In this document: piece after piece, positions 19,180-30,614 of the stretch
How the letters are laid out: every line of letters starts with the position of its first letter
Numbering within the stretch: the stretch's first letter is position 1
Origin: Schmidtea nova
Taxonomy: Eukaryota
Assembly: GCA_044892505.1 (NCBI GenBank)
Contig: CM097882.1
Location: forward strand, 348,378,001 to 348,442,000
Reading direction: 5' to 3'
Length of the DNA stretch: 64,000 bases
Program-made: the position numbers and the translations under genes
The notes under the pieces: model-generated
Seen by the model: only the letters and a program-made list of their open reading frames with translations
What the model was told of the DNA's origin: nothing
Databases searched by the model: none

Positions 19180-19252
19180 GGTTCGATGGTGTAGCGGTTA
19201 TCACGTCTGCTTCACACGCAGAAGGTCCCCGGTTCGATCCCGGGTCGAACCA
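19180..19252 (+). tRNA. tRNA-Val-CAC: tRNA-Val(CAC)
   Basis: Canonical copy. Confidence 0.95.
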
Positions 19253-19549
19253 TATTTTATTAATTAGAAACTTCCTAATCTTGATTTTTTCTCAATGGAA
19301 CACCTTTCTCATATATGTTACAATATTAAAAATGATTGAATAATCAGAGAAAAAAGTTAAAATTTCATTTTCATAAATGTAGTGTGTGAAAGCTTTCTAT
19401 CCTTTTGCAATTTTATGATTATTTTGTGCAGTGTTGTTTATTTAAATATGTAACTGTTGAAAAAAAGAATATTGGATATGAAAATGGATAAAGTATTGCA
19501 AGTGTTGATATATATATTGTAAATTTTAACGATTGATAAATTCTTTCAA

Positions 19550-19622
19550 GGTTCGATGGTGTAGCGGTTATCACGTCTGCTTTACACGCAGAAGGTCCCC
19601 GGTTCGATCCCGGGTCGAACCA
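19550..19622 (+). tRNA. tRNA-Val-TAC: tRNA-Val(TAC)
   Basis: Canonical copy. Confidence 0.96.
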
Positions 19623-19770
19623 AATTTTTATTGTAAATTGTTAAATCTTGTTTACTATGTTTCCATTGTTTACTAGTGTTATTTTGTGTGTGTGTGTGTT
19701 TTATTAGTAAATCAGATCAATTTATTTAGCTGAAAGTTGGTAACAAACGAAAATTTGAAAATATTTACAG

Positions 19771-19843
19771 GGTTCGATGGTGTAGCGGTTATCACGTCTG
19801 CTTCACACGCAGAAGGTCCCCGGTTCGATCCCGGGTCGAACCA
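19771..19843 (+). tRNA. tRNA-Val-CAC: tRNA-Val(CAC)
   Basis: Canonical copy. Confidence 0.95.
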
Positions 19844-20140
19844 TATTTTATTAATTAGAAACTTCCTAATCTTGATTTTTTCTCAATGGAACACCTTTCT
19901 CATATATGTTACAATATTAAAAATGATTGAATAATCAGAGAAAAAAGTTAAAATTTCATTTTCATAAATGTAGTGTGTGAAAGCTTTCTATCCTTTTGCA
20001 ATTTTATGATTATTTTGTGCAGTGTTGTTTATTTAAATATGTAACTGTTGAAAAAAAGAATATTGGATATGAAAATGGATAAAGTATTGCAAGTGTTGAT
20101 ATATATATTGTAAATTTTAACGATTGATAAATTCTTTCAA

Positions 20141-20213
20141 GGTTCGATGGTGTAGCGGTTATCACGTCTGCTTTACACGCAGAAGGTCCCCGGTTCGATC
20201 CCGGGTCGAACCA
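20141..20213 (+). tRNA. tRNA-Val-TAC: tRNA-Val(TAC)
   Basis: Canonical copy. Confidence 0.96.
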
Positions 20214-20361
20214 AATTTTTATTGTAAATTGTTAAATCTTGTTTACTATGTTTCCATTGTTTACTAGTGTTATTTTGTGTGTGTGTGTGTTTTATTAGTA
20301 AATCAGATCAATTTATTTAGCTGAAAGTTGGTAACAAACGAAAATTTGAAAATATTTACAG

Positions 20362-20434
20362 GGTTCGATGGTGTAGCGGTTATCACGTCTGCTTCACACG
20401 CAGAAGGTCCCCGGTTCGATCCCGGGTCGAACCA
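20362..20434 (+). tRNA. tRNA-Val-CAC: tRNA-Val(CAC)
   Basis: Canonical copy. Confidence 0.95.
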
Positions 20435-20731
20435 TATTTTATTAATTAGAAACTTCCTAATCTTGATTTTTTCTCAATGGAACACCTTTCTCATATATGT
20501 TACAATATTAAAAATGATTGAATAATCAGAGAAAAAAGTTAAAATTTCATTTTCATAAATGTAGTGTGTGAAAGCTTTCTATCCTTTTGCAATTTTATGA
20601 TTATTTTGTGCAGTGTTGTTTATTTAAATATGTAACTGTTGAAAAAAAGAATATTGGATATGAAAATGGATAAAGTATTGCAAGTGTTGATATATATATT
20701 GTAAATTTTAACGATTGATAAATTCTTTCAA

Positions 20732-20804
20732 GGTTCGATGGTGTAGCGGTTATCACGTCTGCTTTACACGCAGAAGGTCCCCGGTTCGATCCCGGGTCGA
20801 ACCA
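20732..20804 (+). tRNA. tRNA-Val-TAC: tRNA-Val(TAC)
   Basis: Canonical copy. Confidence 0.96.
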
Positions 20805-20952
20805 AATTTTTATTGTAAATTGTTAAATCTTGTTTACTATGTTTCCATTGTTTACTAGTGTTATTTTGTGTGTGTGTGTGTTTTATTAGTAAATCAGATC
20901 AATTTATTTAGCTGAAAGTTGGTAACAAACGAAAATTTGAAAATATTTACAG

Positions 20953-21025
20953 GGTTCGATGGTGTAGCGGTTATCACGTCTGCTTCACACGCAGAAGGTC
21001 CCCGGTTCGATCCCGGGTCGAACCA
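20953..21025 (+). tRNA. tRNA-Val-CAC: tRNA-Val(CAC)
   Basis: Canonical copy. Confidence 0.95.
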
Positions 21026-21322
21026 TATTTTATTAATTAGAAACTTCCTAATCTTGATTTTTTCTCAATGGAACACCTTTCTCATATATGTTACAATATT
21101 AAAAATGATTGAATAATCAGAGAAAAAAGTTAAAATTTCATTTTCATAAATGTAGTGTGTGAAAGCTTTCTATCCTTTTGCAATTTTATGATTATTTTGT
21201 GCAGTGTTGTTTATTTAAATATATAACTGTTGAAAAAAAGAATATTGGATATGAAAATGGATAAAGTATTGCAAGTGTTGATATATATATTGTAAATTTT
21301 AACGATTGATAAATTCTTTCAA

Positions 21323-21331
21323 GGTTCGATG
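21323..21331 (+). pseudogene. 5' stub of tRNA-Val disrupted by copy 3
   Basis: GGTTCGATG|ACTC. Confidence 0.9.
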
Positions 21332-23962
21332 ACTCAATCACCTGCTGCTCAGTCAACTGCTGCTGATGTAATGACTCAGTCTATTGCAAATCAGTCAACT
21401 GTGACGAAGCAATATGAATTAGAAAACATTCTCAAATATCAAATTTCCAGTTTGCAATGTTTTCAATCGATTTTAGATTATTTTTCTCAACTAAATGGTG
21501 GAAATCTCGCTACTGCCTCAGTTCTATCTGATGCGAATGCAAGTCAACGGAGTTCTTTCGATCAAGGATCTAAAATTTCTCCAAACCAATCTGATAATAT
21601 GCCACTTTCTTATGCTGATATTGAGACTAAATTCACTAAATCAAAGGATTTACTTATTGTCAAGCGCCTGGATTCATTGGAGTCTCAATTTATGAATATG
21701 GCTGAAAAGTTAGATTATTTGGTTTCTTTGTTTAATGGCTCTGTTGATGATTTATCAGATTTTCCTAAAGTAAATGAAAATAATTTAAATAATAATCCTT
21801 TCAATAAAAATAAAGTTTTTGATATCAAAGATAAATTAATTGTAAATAATGTAGTTTTAGATAAATCAAATATTTCAGAATTTATTGAAAATAATATTGC
21901 TAAAATTCCTAATAGTTTAATTGATGTAAATAATAAAATGTGTAATTCAAATAATAAATTTCTAAATAACCCTAATAAAGAGAATGTTAAACATTTTAAT
22001 AATCCCAAAGATACATCTTCAATTGATTTGACTAACGATAAAATTATGCCAAATGAAAACATAGAAATAATTATTAAAAATAATAAAAAATCTGTTAAAA
22101 TTATAGAACTTTATAAAACAACTAAACAGAAGTATGATAAATTTGAATTTAAAAGTCTGGTTCGTATTTTAACGAAAAGGGAACGCCAGAAAATCTTGAA
22201 TGCCTTCCCTGCTTTAATACAACTAATTAAAAAGAAAGAATCACAGAGTAAATATTTTGAAATTAATAAATTTCTTTCGAGCAAAGATTTTAATGTGAAT
22301 CACTTGAATTTAATTAATTTTGATTATTTTTTCTATAGAAATTGTAATCTTTGTGTATCTTTAAAATTGAACAACGCTCCTGTCATTTCATCAGCACCAA
22401 AACCTGTTGTTTTAAAAACTATTAAATTAATTGACCATAATATCGTCAAAATAAATTCTGAAATCCCTGACTTTGTTCGAGCTCCAATGTCAATTCGAAG
22501 ATTTTTATTCAATCTTTCGCACGATCTTTCAAACACTGTTTCCATCAAGGATGAGAAACACAGGGGAAATAAAATAAATAACATTCTTACTTCAATGAAA
22601 CATAAACAACAATTACCAGATTATTTAATAAAATCAAACATTAAATACGAAAATGGTGAGTTCTTATTATTAGATTTGACTAACGATAAAATCAAATTGA
22701 ACGACGATAATAACTTGATAAAATCAAATTTTTCTGAACTTACTAGAAGTCAGATTAAAAATCTTTACCATTCTTATCCTTCTCTTAAGGAAGTTTGTTT
22801 CGTTGAAAATCTTGAAACAAGATCATCATCCGTTAGTAAAATTATCGAATCTTTAAAGTTAATTAATGAATTTCCAAAAAATATCATTTTTAAAGAGGGT
22901 AAATTTTATCAGTCTGATAAAAGAACAATCTCACCTAGTAGTTCTCCTGACATAATGTTCAACCTTGGTCTTTTTAATTTAGCTAGTATGAGTAGAAAAG
23001 ATTGTGAATTAAAATCCATTTTAGAGAAGACTGGTTGTGACTTTAAAATAGTTGAAATAATATTCTACCTCAACTATTTAGGCTTGACTCAATCTTTAGA
23101 ATTTTGCAAAAATCAAACTTATTCTGATTATGTGAGGAATTACGTCTGCAATTGCTGCTTGATAAACTCACTCTGTAGTATTGCTGATGTTGATTCGCTT
23201 TCATCTGAAGATTTTGAGGGTTGGGCGACCGAAATTGTTCAGAAAATCCCAGTTTCTTCCTATTACTTCAATAGCTGCCAGGAAAAGCTTTTAAAGCTGA
23301 AGCAATGGGACATTTCAACTAAAATCAAAAGAATCCATAACGTTATTTCACCTGAAATAATATCTTATTTAAATAACTTTCTTGACTCTGTAGACGTAAA
23401 ATTTCCATCTAAGTCTCAACAACATAATATTCTAATTAAATTAATGAAAGCTATCAATGACATTAAAATTTTTGATGACATACACGGAAATAAAGCAAAA
23501 AGACTTGTTTACTTTTTGCTAAGAGATGCCAAGAAATATTTGAATAAAAATCAACGATTCAGATTATTTGAATCGAGCAATAAATATTGCACTTTAGAGA
23601 TGGAGAATATAATTTCAGTAATAATTGAGAACCTTACCAAAGTTACTGACCATGAAGTTACTACTCCTGAAATCACAGTTGAAGAAACGCCAATTGAAAT
23701 AACTTGTGATCCTGAACCTATCGTCTTGATTAAGGAAATAAACTGTTTAAAATGCAACAATATCATCGAAAAATGCATTCTTGTTAGAGATGGAACAAAC
23801 GTCAACATCTGTGAAAGCTGTCTATTTGACGCAATTACCTTTGAAAAGCCGATTCCTGAAGCTACTAATTCGGATATCGAAGAAAATATAGAAACAAATT
23901 GTAAGAAATCTTGTCCAAGACCTAGAAAAACAGACAAGAAAACATCAACCAAAGCAAAATGA
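21329..23962 (+). CDS. ORF1 of copy 3 (877 aa)
   Basis: Intact. Confidence 0.88.
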   Translation: MTQSPAAQSTAADVMTQSIANQSTVTKQYELENILKYQISSLQCFQSILDYFSQLNGGNLATASVLSDANASQRSSFDQGSKISPNQSDNMPLSYADIETKFTKSKDLLIVKRLDSLESQFMNMAEKLDYLVSLFNGSVDDLSDFPKVNENNLNNNPFNKNKVFDIKDKLIVNNVVLDKSNISEFIENNIAKIPNSLIDVNNKMCNSNNKFLNNPNKENVKHFNNPKDTSSIDLTNDKIMPNENIEIIIKNNKKSVKIIELYKTTKQKYDKFEFKSLVRILTKRERQKILNAFPALIQLIKKKESQSKYFEINKFLSSKDFNVNHLNLINFDYFFYRNCNLCVSLKLNNAPVISSAPKPVVLKTIKLIDHNIVKINSEIPDFVRAPMSIRRFLFNLSHDLSNTVSIKDEKHRGNKINNILTSMKHKQQLPDYLIKSNIKYENGEFLLLDLTNDKIKLNDDNNLIKSNFSELTRSQIKNLYHSYPSLKEVCFVENLETRSSSVSKIIESLKLINEFPKNIIFKEGKFYQSDKRTISPSSSPDIMFNLGLFNLASMSRKDCELKSILEKTGCDFKIVEIIFYLNYLGLTQSLEFCKNQTYSDYVRNYVCNCCLINSLCSIADVDSLSSEDFEGWATEIVQKIPVSSYYFNSCQEKLLKLKQWDISTKIKRIHNVISPEIISYLNNFLDSVDVKFPSKSQQHNILIKLMKAINDIKIFDDIHGNKAKRLVYFLLRDAKKYLNKNQRFRLFESSNKYCTLEMENIISVIIENLTKVTDHEVTTPEITVEETPIEITCDPEPIVLIKEINCLKCNNIIEKCILVRDGTNVNICESCLFDAITFEKPIPEATNSDIEENIETNCKKSCPRPRKTDKKTSTKAK

Positions 23963-26900
23963 AGATGTGTGCCTGCATCAGCTCAATCGTCTGCCATTCC
24001 CTCTAATGAGACTGATGCAGAGAGCACAACTAAAAATAATATTTCAACTATCGACAATCGTGATCCTGAAGTGTGGTTTTCTGATAATGATATTGATTGG
24101 TATCTTGAAAACCACATTGATAATCCAATGCATGGATATATTAAATGCTTTATAGTAAATATCATCTGTTCTAACATCACAGAAGATATTGTTGAAATTC
24201 CACCATCTATTAGCAATGCTGAAATTGTATTTTGTCCACTCAACATTAACAATTCGCACTGGATTCTTTTTGTTTATAGTAAGAAAATGTTATCTTCTTA
24301 CTTTATTGACCCAATCCTTGCAAACAGACAAAAGCCAATCAATAAACAAATGGCTCAGAGAATTAATCTAAAACTGAATAGATTTTTTAATCTAAATATA
24401 TCTGTGTCCCGACATCCACACAAACATCTTGAATATCAGAATAACAGCTTTGACTGTGGCCCATTTACGTGTGCTTATGCTGTGATTATCAGTAAAGATT
24501 TGAACAGCTTTCCAAATGGGTTCATAGAGAAAATTCGTACCAGTGTGCATGAAAATCAAAATCGTATGCAAATAACCGAATCCACCTTATTCGCTGGTAC
24601 TAACTCCAAGATGGACATGACCAAAATAAATATCAAGAAAGCCCTTGCAAAAAAGAAAGTCATCACCAACACCTCAGATATGACCAAAGTATTGAACACT
24701 CAAAAACCGTGTGTGTCATCAATAATTAGTAAATATTACGAAAGTAATTCTAAAATAACAGTCTTATCTGCCGAACTAACTTTAAACCTAATTGCACAAA
24801 ATACCTCCTTCATAGCTGATAATGTCACTTTCAAGCAGTTCAAAGGAATCGATCATGTTATAAGTATCATTCCTAAATTTAACGATTGGTGTCTCTTTGT
24901 CTATTCGAATAAACTTGACAGGAGCTACATGTTCGACTTCAATTATCGAAACATTGATGAAAGGCTAATTGAAATTGGTGAAAAGATAACTGAATATCTG
25001 AATCAATTCACTCTTGTTTCTAAAATAAAATTCACACCTCATCATAGAATTTCTCATCCAACATTTCATTCTTACGATGATCAATATTTTGCAAGTTCTT
25101 TTATTGTATTTTTTGAGAAACTTGTCTTTGAAAGAATACTGGACAATGATAAGGTTTATGACTCATTAAGTGCTCTAAAATATCAGTCTTGTAAAGATCT
25201 TTCTCCTAGCCTAAGTTTCATTAATGGTAAAATATCCGACAAAATTATTGAGGAATATTTTGCTAGCCTAAACTTATCGACCAAATATATTCTTCTAAAC
25301 ACAACAATGTGTACTGCGCTTTCAGATGATTGCACTGAATACTTGAAAGACTTTGTAAACATTGAGTGCATGATGAAGGCTACTATAATCTTTGTAATCA
25401 TTTCTCCTCCAAGAGCCAACGACTTGCTCATGGTTATTGATTACGACGCTGATGAGCACTATTTATTAAGCCCAGTCACTAATGACTTGTTCGTTATGAC
25501 TGAAGGATTCTGCTATAAATTACTAATTAAAATTAATGAGATTAGAGAGAGCACAGGACGTTCCTTGAAATCGCGTAATTGTCGACATGACGTTAAAGGT
25601 TCTGGCTTATTTAGTAGGTTATTAATCTGTGCCTTTATTAAATATTATGCATTTGACCGATCTCTAGAAAATATCAATCTTCATGAAATTGGCAAAATTA
25701 TCTACTCACTTGTGCCATTGGTTGATAAAAATGATAATGCTGAGGAAGAAAGACGACTAAAATCAAAAGCTGTAAACTCTTTAAAACTAAATTTAAAACA
25801 GCGAATAGAAAAAGCCAATAATCTTATAATTTCACTTGAACACGCCAGTATTGATGAAATCATAAGTGGCATTCTTTCAAATATTCCTCGTCTTAAAGAT
25901 TTGAACACCGATCACATTCGTACACCATATTTAGGTACTAAAATAGAAAAAGCTAGAAAATTCAAAAATTCCACTGAGTTTCTGTCAAACATGAAAAAGA
26001 CTGTGTATAGGATTTTGGGTAACAACACAGAATCAATTGCACCTCCTTATCAGGAAATTATTGACACTTTCAGTCATCCTGATACATTACCTAGAAATTG
26101 GGAAAACATCTTAAAATTCACTAAGAGTTCTAAATATAGTCTTGAATTAAATCCAATGACACCTAAAGAAATCCTTTCAAGTCTTTGCAAAGCTGACAAC
26201 ACTTCTCCAGGTCTTGATAATGTTTGTTATAAAGATCTTTTGTTATTAGACCCTGAATGTAAATTGCTAGCTTTTCTGTACAATAAAATCCTAAAATTAG
26301 ACATTATTCCTACAAGTTGGAAATCATTTAAAACGATACTAATCCCCAAACCAGATAAAAATGGCCAATATCATAAAATATATTCTTGGCGACCAATTGC
26401 CTTATTATCTGTCATTTACAAAGTCTTCGCTTCAGTTTTGGCAAATCGTCTAAGCTTATGGATAAGAAATAATTCCATGTTACACATTGGCCAAAAGGGT
26501 GGTTCGGAGTACGAAGGATGTATTGAACACAACTCTATTCTTTCTGCTATCGTCGAACATTCAAAATACAGCAAGTCTTCACCTTTAACGATAGCTTGGC
26601 TAGACATCAAAGATGCCTTCGGAAGTGTTCCACATGACTACATGTGGACACTGTTAAAACACATAAATGTTAGTGATAGGTTTGTAGGAATTTTAAAACT
26701 GCTCTATACTGATACAAGCTCGTTTTACTGTTGCAATAAAATGCAGACACCGGATATTCCAATAAAGAAAGGAGTTAAACAAGGTTGTCCGATCTCAATG
26801 ATATTGTTTGCAATAGCTATTAACCCAGTACTTGAGTCTATTAATCTATCAAACGTTAATCCTTTTACGATTGGAACATCTCCGGTACAGGTGTTGGCTT

Positions 26901-28934
26901 ATGCGGATGATATCGCACTTATCGCGACAAATACCTCTGATCTGCAAATACTCATAAACGTTGCTGTAAACACCGCTAAAACAATTGGATTTGAATATCG
27001 TCCAGAAAAGTGCGCTTATATGCAATTCCCTAAAATAGAAACTGTAAGCGAGATTTCTGTCAACAACGTTCTTATCAAAAAGATTGCAACAAATGAATTT
27101 TACCAATACTTGGGAGTACCAATAGGTGACAATAATGATCAAAGTCCCTATGAAATTCTAAGCAAAGTAATTGAAGACACAAAGAAAATAGCAAATTCTG
27201 ATCTTTACGGCTGGCAAAAACTTAAAGCGTATAAGGTCTTTCTGCATTCTCGCTTGATTTTTCCATTTAGAACTAGGGAAATCAAAACAAGTTCTTTAGC
27301 TGATTCGAGTAAAAATTCAAAATTAAATGTAAATAATACGAGTATTTTGAGGAGTCATCTTAGAAAAATATTGCACTTGCCACACTACTCTGAGATTAGC
27401 TATTTTTATAATTCTACTGAAAACGGCGGTGCAGGCTGCATAGACTTACTTGACGAGTATCATACACAGACAATCGTGTACTTTTTCCGTTTGTTAACAT
27501 CAACGTGCGAATATTCGAAAAAGATAAATACTGACTCGCTTTTATTTGTCACAAGTCCGAGACTCGGAATCAAAAATCCAGTTCTTAAACAAAGTTTAGA
27601 ATGGATAAATGGAAAAGAGAGCAAGAAAAACAACAGTGGTTGCAAAACTCGATTTTATCGGTTGCGATCATCCATTGCTTACTTTTCTAAAGTTCACAAC
27701 ATTAAATTGTTATTTGAAACAGTGAAAGGGAATCCTTCTATCCGTATAACCACTACACTTAAGGGAACACGTATATTATTACCAACATTAAGAAAAGCCT
27801 TGTCAATGATTTTACATTCAGCTCTCCAGGATTCGTATCTCGAGAAATGGGAGAATAGCAATCATAATAATCTGCTTGTATCTGCGATAAAACTCTGTCC
27901 ACTTGTCAACAAGCTTATTTTCCGCAGTGATTTGACAGAATTTGAATGGAGATTCGTCCATCGAGCAAGAACGAATACATTATCAATATTTGCGAAGCCA
28001 TATAAAACTGGCGAAAATCGTCTTTGTCGTAGATGTAAGCTTGAAGACGAGACTTTATCACACGTTCTTCAAACTTGTAAAATGAACAAATCTTTGGCAA
28101 CTAGTCGACATAACGCTTGCTTAGAAAAAATAAAAAGCGAGTTGAAAGATCCAAACTTGTTAGTTGTTGCGGATCATAAATGTTCCCTAGTACCGACATC
28201 AACTGAACGCGTTGATTTAATAATAACCAATAATGATAAAAAGACCATATTATTGGTAGACATGAAATGCCCAATCGATTCGGTGCCCAACTTTGACTTG
28301 GCTGATAAAAAAAACATAGAAAAGTATGATAAACTAAAATCAGAAATTAAAATAGCCAAACCCGATTATAAAGTTGAGTTGTTTACCTGCATCATAGGCT
28401 CATTAGGATCCATTGAAATTAAAACACCTGATCTTTTAGTAAAAATGGGAGTAAAAGAAAATAAAGTAAAACGTCTGATGAAAGAGTGTGCAATTAGCAA
28501 TATTGCGCACTCGGCCAAAATTTGGTACTTTCATACCAATGGCTTTCTTCCAGATAATATAAGACAAACTTGTAAATAAATAATTATATATATATATAAA
28601 TATTTGCTTTTTAAACTCTGTAAATAAAATTTAAAGTAAATATTTTGTAAAGTAATTTTTGTATTAAATATCAAATCTTTTTAATCTGATAAATTGTCTT
28701 TGAGAGTTATTAAATTGGGAGACCAAGTATTCTGCAACGTATGTCACTTATTCTAGACTTATCAACTTCAAAATAATACAGTCGCAAAGCTGGATGACGA
28801 AATCCAAAGAACCAGAAACTTCCATTCAGATTGAACAATTATATTTTGACTGTGATTGTTTAGGCACTAATCCATGTTGATTAGATAATCTGTAAAAAAA
28901 ATATGTCAAACTTGTTATATTTAATAAATGTTTA
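21332..28934 (+). mobile_element. RLE non-LTR retrotransposon copy 3, 7603 bp, in tRNA-Val(TAC)
   Basis: Same junctions; intact ORFs. Confidence 0.95.
23969..28579 (+). CDS. ORF2 of copy 3 (protease-RT-RLE)
   Basis: Intact; same motifs. Confidence 0.95.
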   Translation: MPASAQSSAIPSNETDAESTTKNNISTIDNRDPEVWFSDNDIDWYLENHIDNPMHGYIKCFIVNIICSNITEDIVEIPPSISNAEIVFCPLNINNSHWILFVYSKKMLSSYFIDPILANRQKPINKQMAQRINLKLNRFFNLNISVSRHPHKHLEYQNNSFDCGPFTCAYAVIISKDLNSFPNGFIEKIRTSVHENQNRMQITESTLFAGTNSKMDMTKINIKKALAKKKVITNTSDMTKVLNTQKPCVSSIISKYYESNSKITVLSAELTLNLIAQNTSFIADNVTFKQFKGIDHVISIIPKFNDWCLFVYSNKLDRSYMFDFNYRNIDERLIEIGEKITEYLNQFTLVSKIKFTPHHRISHPTFHSYDDQYFASSFIVFFEKLVFERILDNDKVYDSLSALKYQSCKDLSPSLSFINGKISDKIIEEYFASLNLSTKYILLNTTMCTALSDDCTEYLKDFVNIECMMKATIIFVIISPPRANDLLMVIDYDADEHYLLSPVTNDLFVMTEGFCYKLLIKINEIRESTGRSLKSRNCRHDVKGSGLFSRLLICAFIKYYAFDRSLENINLHEIGKIIYSLVPLVDKNDNAEEERRLKSKAVNSLKLNLKQRIEKANNLIISLEHASIDEIISGILSNIPRLKDLNTDHIRTPYLGTKIEKARKFKNSTEFLSNMKKTVYRILGNNTESIAPPYQEIIDTFSHPDTLPRNWENILKFTKSSKYSLELNPMTPKEILSSLCKADNTSPGLDNVCYKDLLLLDPECKLLAFLYNKILKLDIIPTSWKSFKTILIPKPDKNGQYHKIYSWRPIALLSVIYKVFASVLANRLSLWIRNNSMLHIGQKGGSEYEGCIEHNSILSAIVEHSKYSKSSPLTIAWLDIKDAFGSVPHDYMWTLLKHINVSDRFVGILKLLYTDTSSFYCCNKMQTPDIPIKKGVKQGCPISMILFAIAINPVLESINLSNVNPFTIGTSPVQVLAYADDIALIATNTSDLQILINVAVNTAKTIGFEYRPEKCAYMQFPKIETVSEISVNNVLIKKIATNEFYQYLGVPIGDNNDQSPYEILSKVIEDTKKIANSDLYGWQKLKAYKVFLHSRLIFPFRTREIKTSSLADSSKNSKLNVNNTSILRSHLRKILHLPHYSEISYFYNSTENGGAGCIDLLDEYHTQTIVYFFRLLTSTCEYSKKINTDSLLFVTSPRLGIKNPVLKQSLEWINGKESKKNNSGCKTRFYRLRSSIAYFSKVHNIKLLFETVKGNPSIRITTTLKGTRILLPTLRKALSMILHSALQDSYLEKWENSNHNNLLVSAIKLCPLVNKLIFRSDLTEFEWRFVHRARTNTLSIFAKPYKTGENRLCRRCKLEDETLSHVLQTCKMNKSLATSRHNACLEKIKSELKDPNLLVVADHKCSLVPTSTERVDLIITNNDKKTILLVDMKCPIDSVPNFDLADKKNIEKYDKLKSEIKIAKPDYKVELFTCIIGSLGSIEIKTPDLLVKMGVKENKVKRLMKECAISNIAHSAKIWYFHTNGFLPDNIRQTCK

Positions 28935-28989
28935 TTATCACGTCTGCTTTACACGCAGAAGGTCCCCGGTTCGATCCCGGGTCGAACCA
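28935..28989 (+). pseudogene. 3' remnant of tRNA-Val(TAC) after copy 3
   Basis: nt 19-73. Confidence 0.92.
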
Positions 28990-29137
28990 AATTTTTATTG
29001 TAAATTGTTAAATCTTGTTTACTATGTTTCCATTGTTTACTAGTGTTATTTTGTGTGTGTGTGTGTTTTATTAGTAAATCAGATCAATTTATTTAGCTGA
29101 AAGTTGGTAACAAACGAAAATTTGAAAATATTTACAG

Positions 29138-29211
29138 GGTTCGATGGTGTAGCGGTTATCACGTCTGCTTCACACGCAGAAGGTTCCCCGGTTCGATCCC
29201 GGGTCGAACCA
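29138..29211 (+). tRNA. tRNA-Val-CAC: tRNA-Val(CAC), +T in variable loop, recombinant with TAC-type 3' flank
   Basis: AGAAGGTTCCCC; followed by AATTTTTATTG (TAC spacer). Confidence 0.8.
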
Positions 29212-29359
29212 AATTTTTATTGTAAATTGTTAAATCTTGTTTACTATGTTTCCATTGTTTACTAGTGTTATTTTGTGTGTGTGTGTGTTTTATTAGTAAA
29301 TCAGATCAATTTATTTAGCTGAAAGTTGGTAACAAACGAAAATTTGAAAATATTTGCAG

Positions 29360-29432
29360 GGTTCGATGGTGTAGCGGTTATCACGTCTGCTTCACACGCA
29401 GAAGGTCCCCGGTTCGATCCCGGGTCGAACCA
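29360..29432 (+). tRNA. tRNA-Val-CAC: tRNA-Val(CAC), upstream flank variant TTTGCAG
   Basis: Canonical body. Confidence 0.95.
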
Positions 29433-29729
29433 TATTTTATTAATTAGAAACTTCCTAATCTTGATTTTTTCTCAATGGAACACCTTTCTCATATATGTTA
29501 CAATATTAAAAATGATTGAATAATCAGAGAAAAAAGTTAAAATTTCATTTTCATAAATGTAGTGTGTGAAAGCTTTCTATCCTTTTGCAATTTTATGATT
29601 ATTTTGTGCAGTGTTGTTTATTTAAATATGTAACTGTTGAAAAAAAGAATATTGGATATGAAAATGGATAAAGTATTGCAAGTGTTGATATATATATTGT
29701 AAATTTTAACGATTGATAAATTCTTTCAA

Positions 29730-29802
29730 GGTTCGATGGTGTAGCGGTTATCACGTCTGCTTTACACGCAGAAGGTCCCCGGTTCGATCCCGGGTCGAAC
29801 CA
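29730..29802 (+). tRNA. tRNA-Val-TAC: tRNA-Val(TAC)
   Basis: Canonical copy. Confidence 0.96.
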
Positions 29803-29950
29803 AATTTTTATTGTAAATTGTTAAATCTTGTTTACTATGTTTCCATTGTTTACTAGTGTTATTTTGTGTGTGTGTGTGTTTTATTAGTAAATCAGATCAA
29901 TTTATTTAGCTGAAAGTTGGTAACAAACGAAAATTTGAAAATATTTACAG

Positions 29951-30023
29951 GGTTCGATGGTGTAGCGGTTATCACGTCTGCTTCACACGCAGAAGGTCCC
30001 CGGTTCGATCCCGGGTCGAACCA
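29951..30023 (+). tRNA. tRNA-Val-CAC: tRNA-Val(CAC)
   Basis: Canonical copy. Confidence 0.95.
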
Positions 30024-30320
30024 TATTTTATTAATTAGAAACTTCCTAATCTTGATTTTTTCTCAATGGAACACCTTTCTCATATATGTTACAATATTAA
30101 AAATGATTGAATAATCAGAGAAAAAAGTTAAAATTTCATTTTCATAAATGTAGTGTGTGAAAGCTTTCTATCCTTTTGCAATTTTATGATTATTTTGTGC
30201 AGTGTTGTTTATTTAAATATGTAACTGTTGAAAAAAAGAATATTGGATATGAAAATGGATAAAGTATTGCAAGTGTTGATATATATATTGTAAATTTTAA
30301 CGATTGATAAATTCTTTCAA

Positions 30321-30393
30321 GGTTCGATGGTGTAGCGGTTATCACGTCTGCTTTACACGCAGAAGGTCCCCGGTTCGATCCCGGGTCGAACCA
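30321..30393 (+). tRNA. tRNA-Val-TAC: tRNA-Val(TAC)
   Basis: Canonical copy. Confidence 0.96.
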
Positions 30394-30541
30394 AATTTTT
30401 ATTGTAAATTGTTAAATCTTGTTTACTATGTTTCCATTGTTTACTAGTGTTATTTTGTGTGTGTGTGTGTTTTATTAGTAAATCAGATCAATTTATTTAG
30501 CTGAAAGTTGGTAACAAACGAAAATTTGAAAATATTTACAG

Positions 30542-30614
30542 GGTTCGATGGTGTAGCGGTTATCACGTCTGCTTCACACGCAGAAGGTCCCCGGTTCGAT
30601 CCCGGGTCGAACCA
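30542..30614 (+). tRNA. tRNA-Val-CAC: tRNA-Val(CAC)
   Basis: Canonical copy. Confidence 0.95.

Larger units (their letters stand above)
18977..21331 (+). repeat. tRNA-Val array block (4 units)
   Basis: 591-bp periodicity. Confidence 0.97.
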
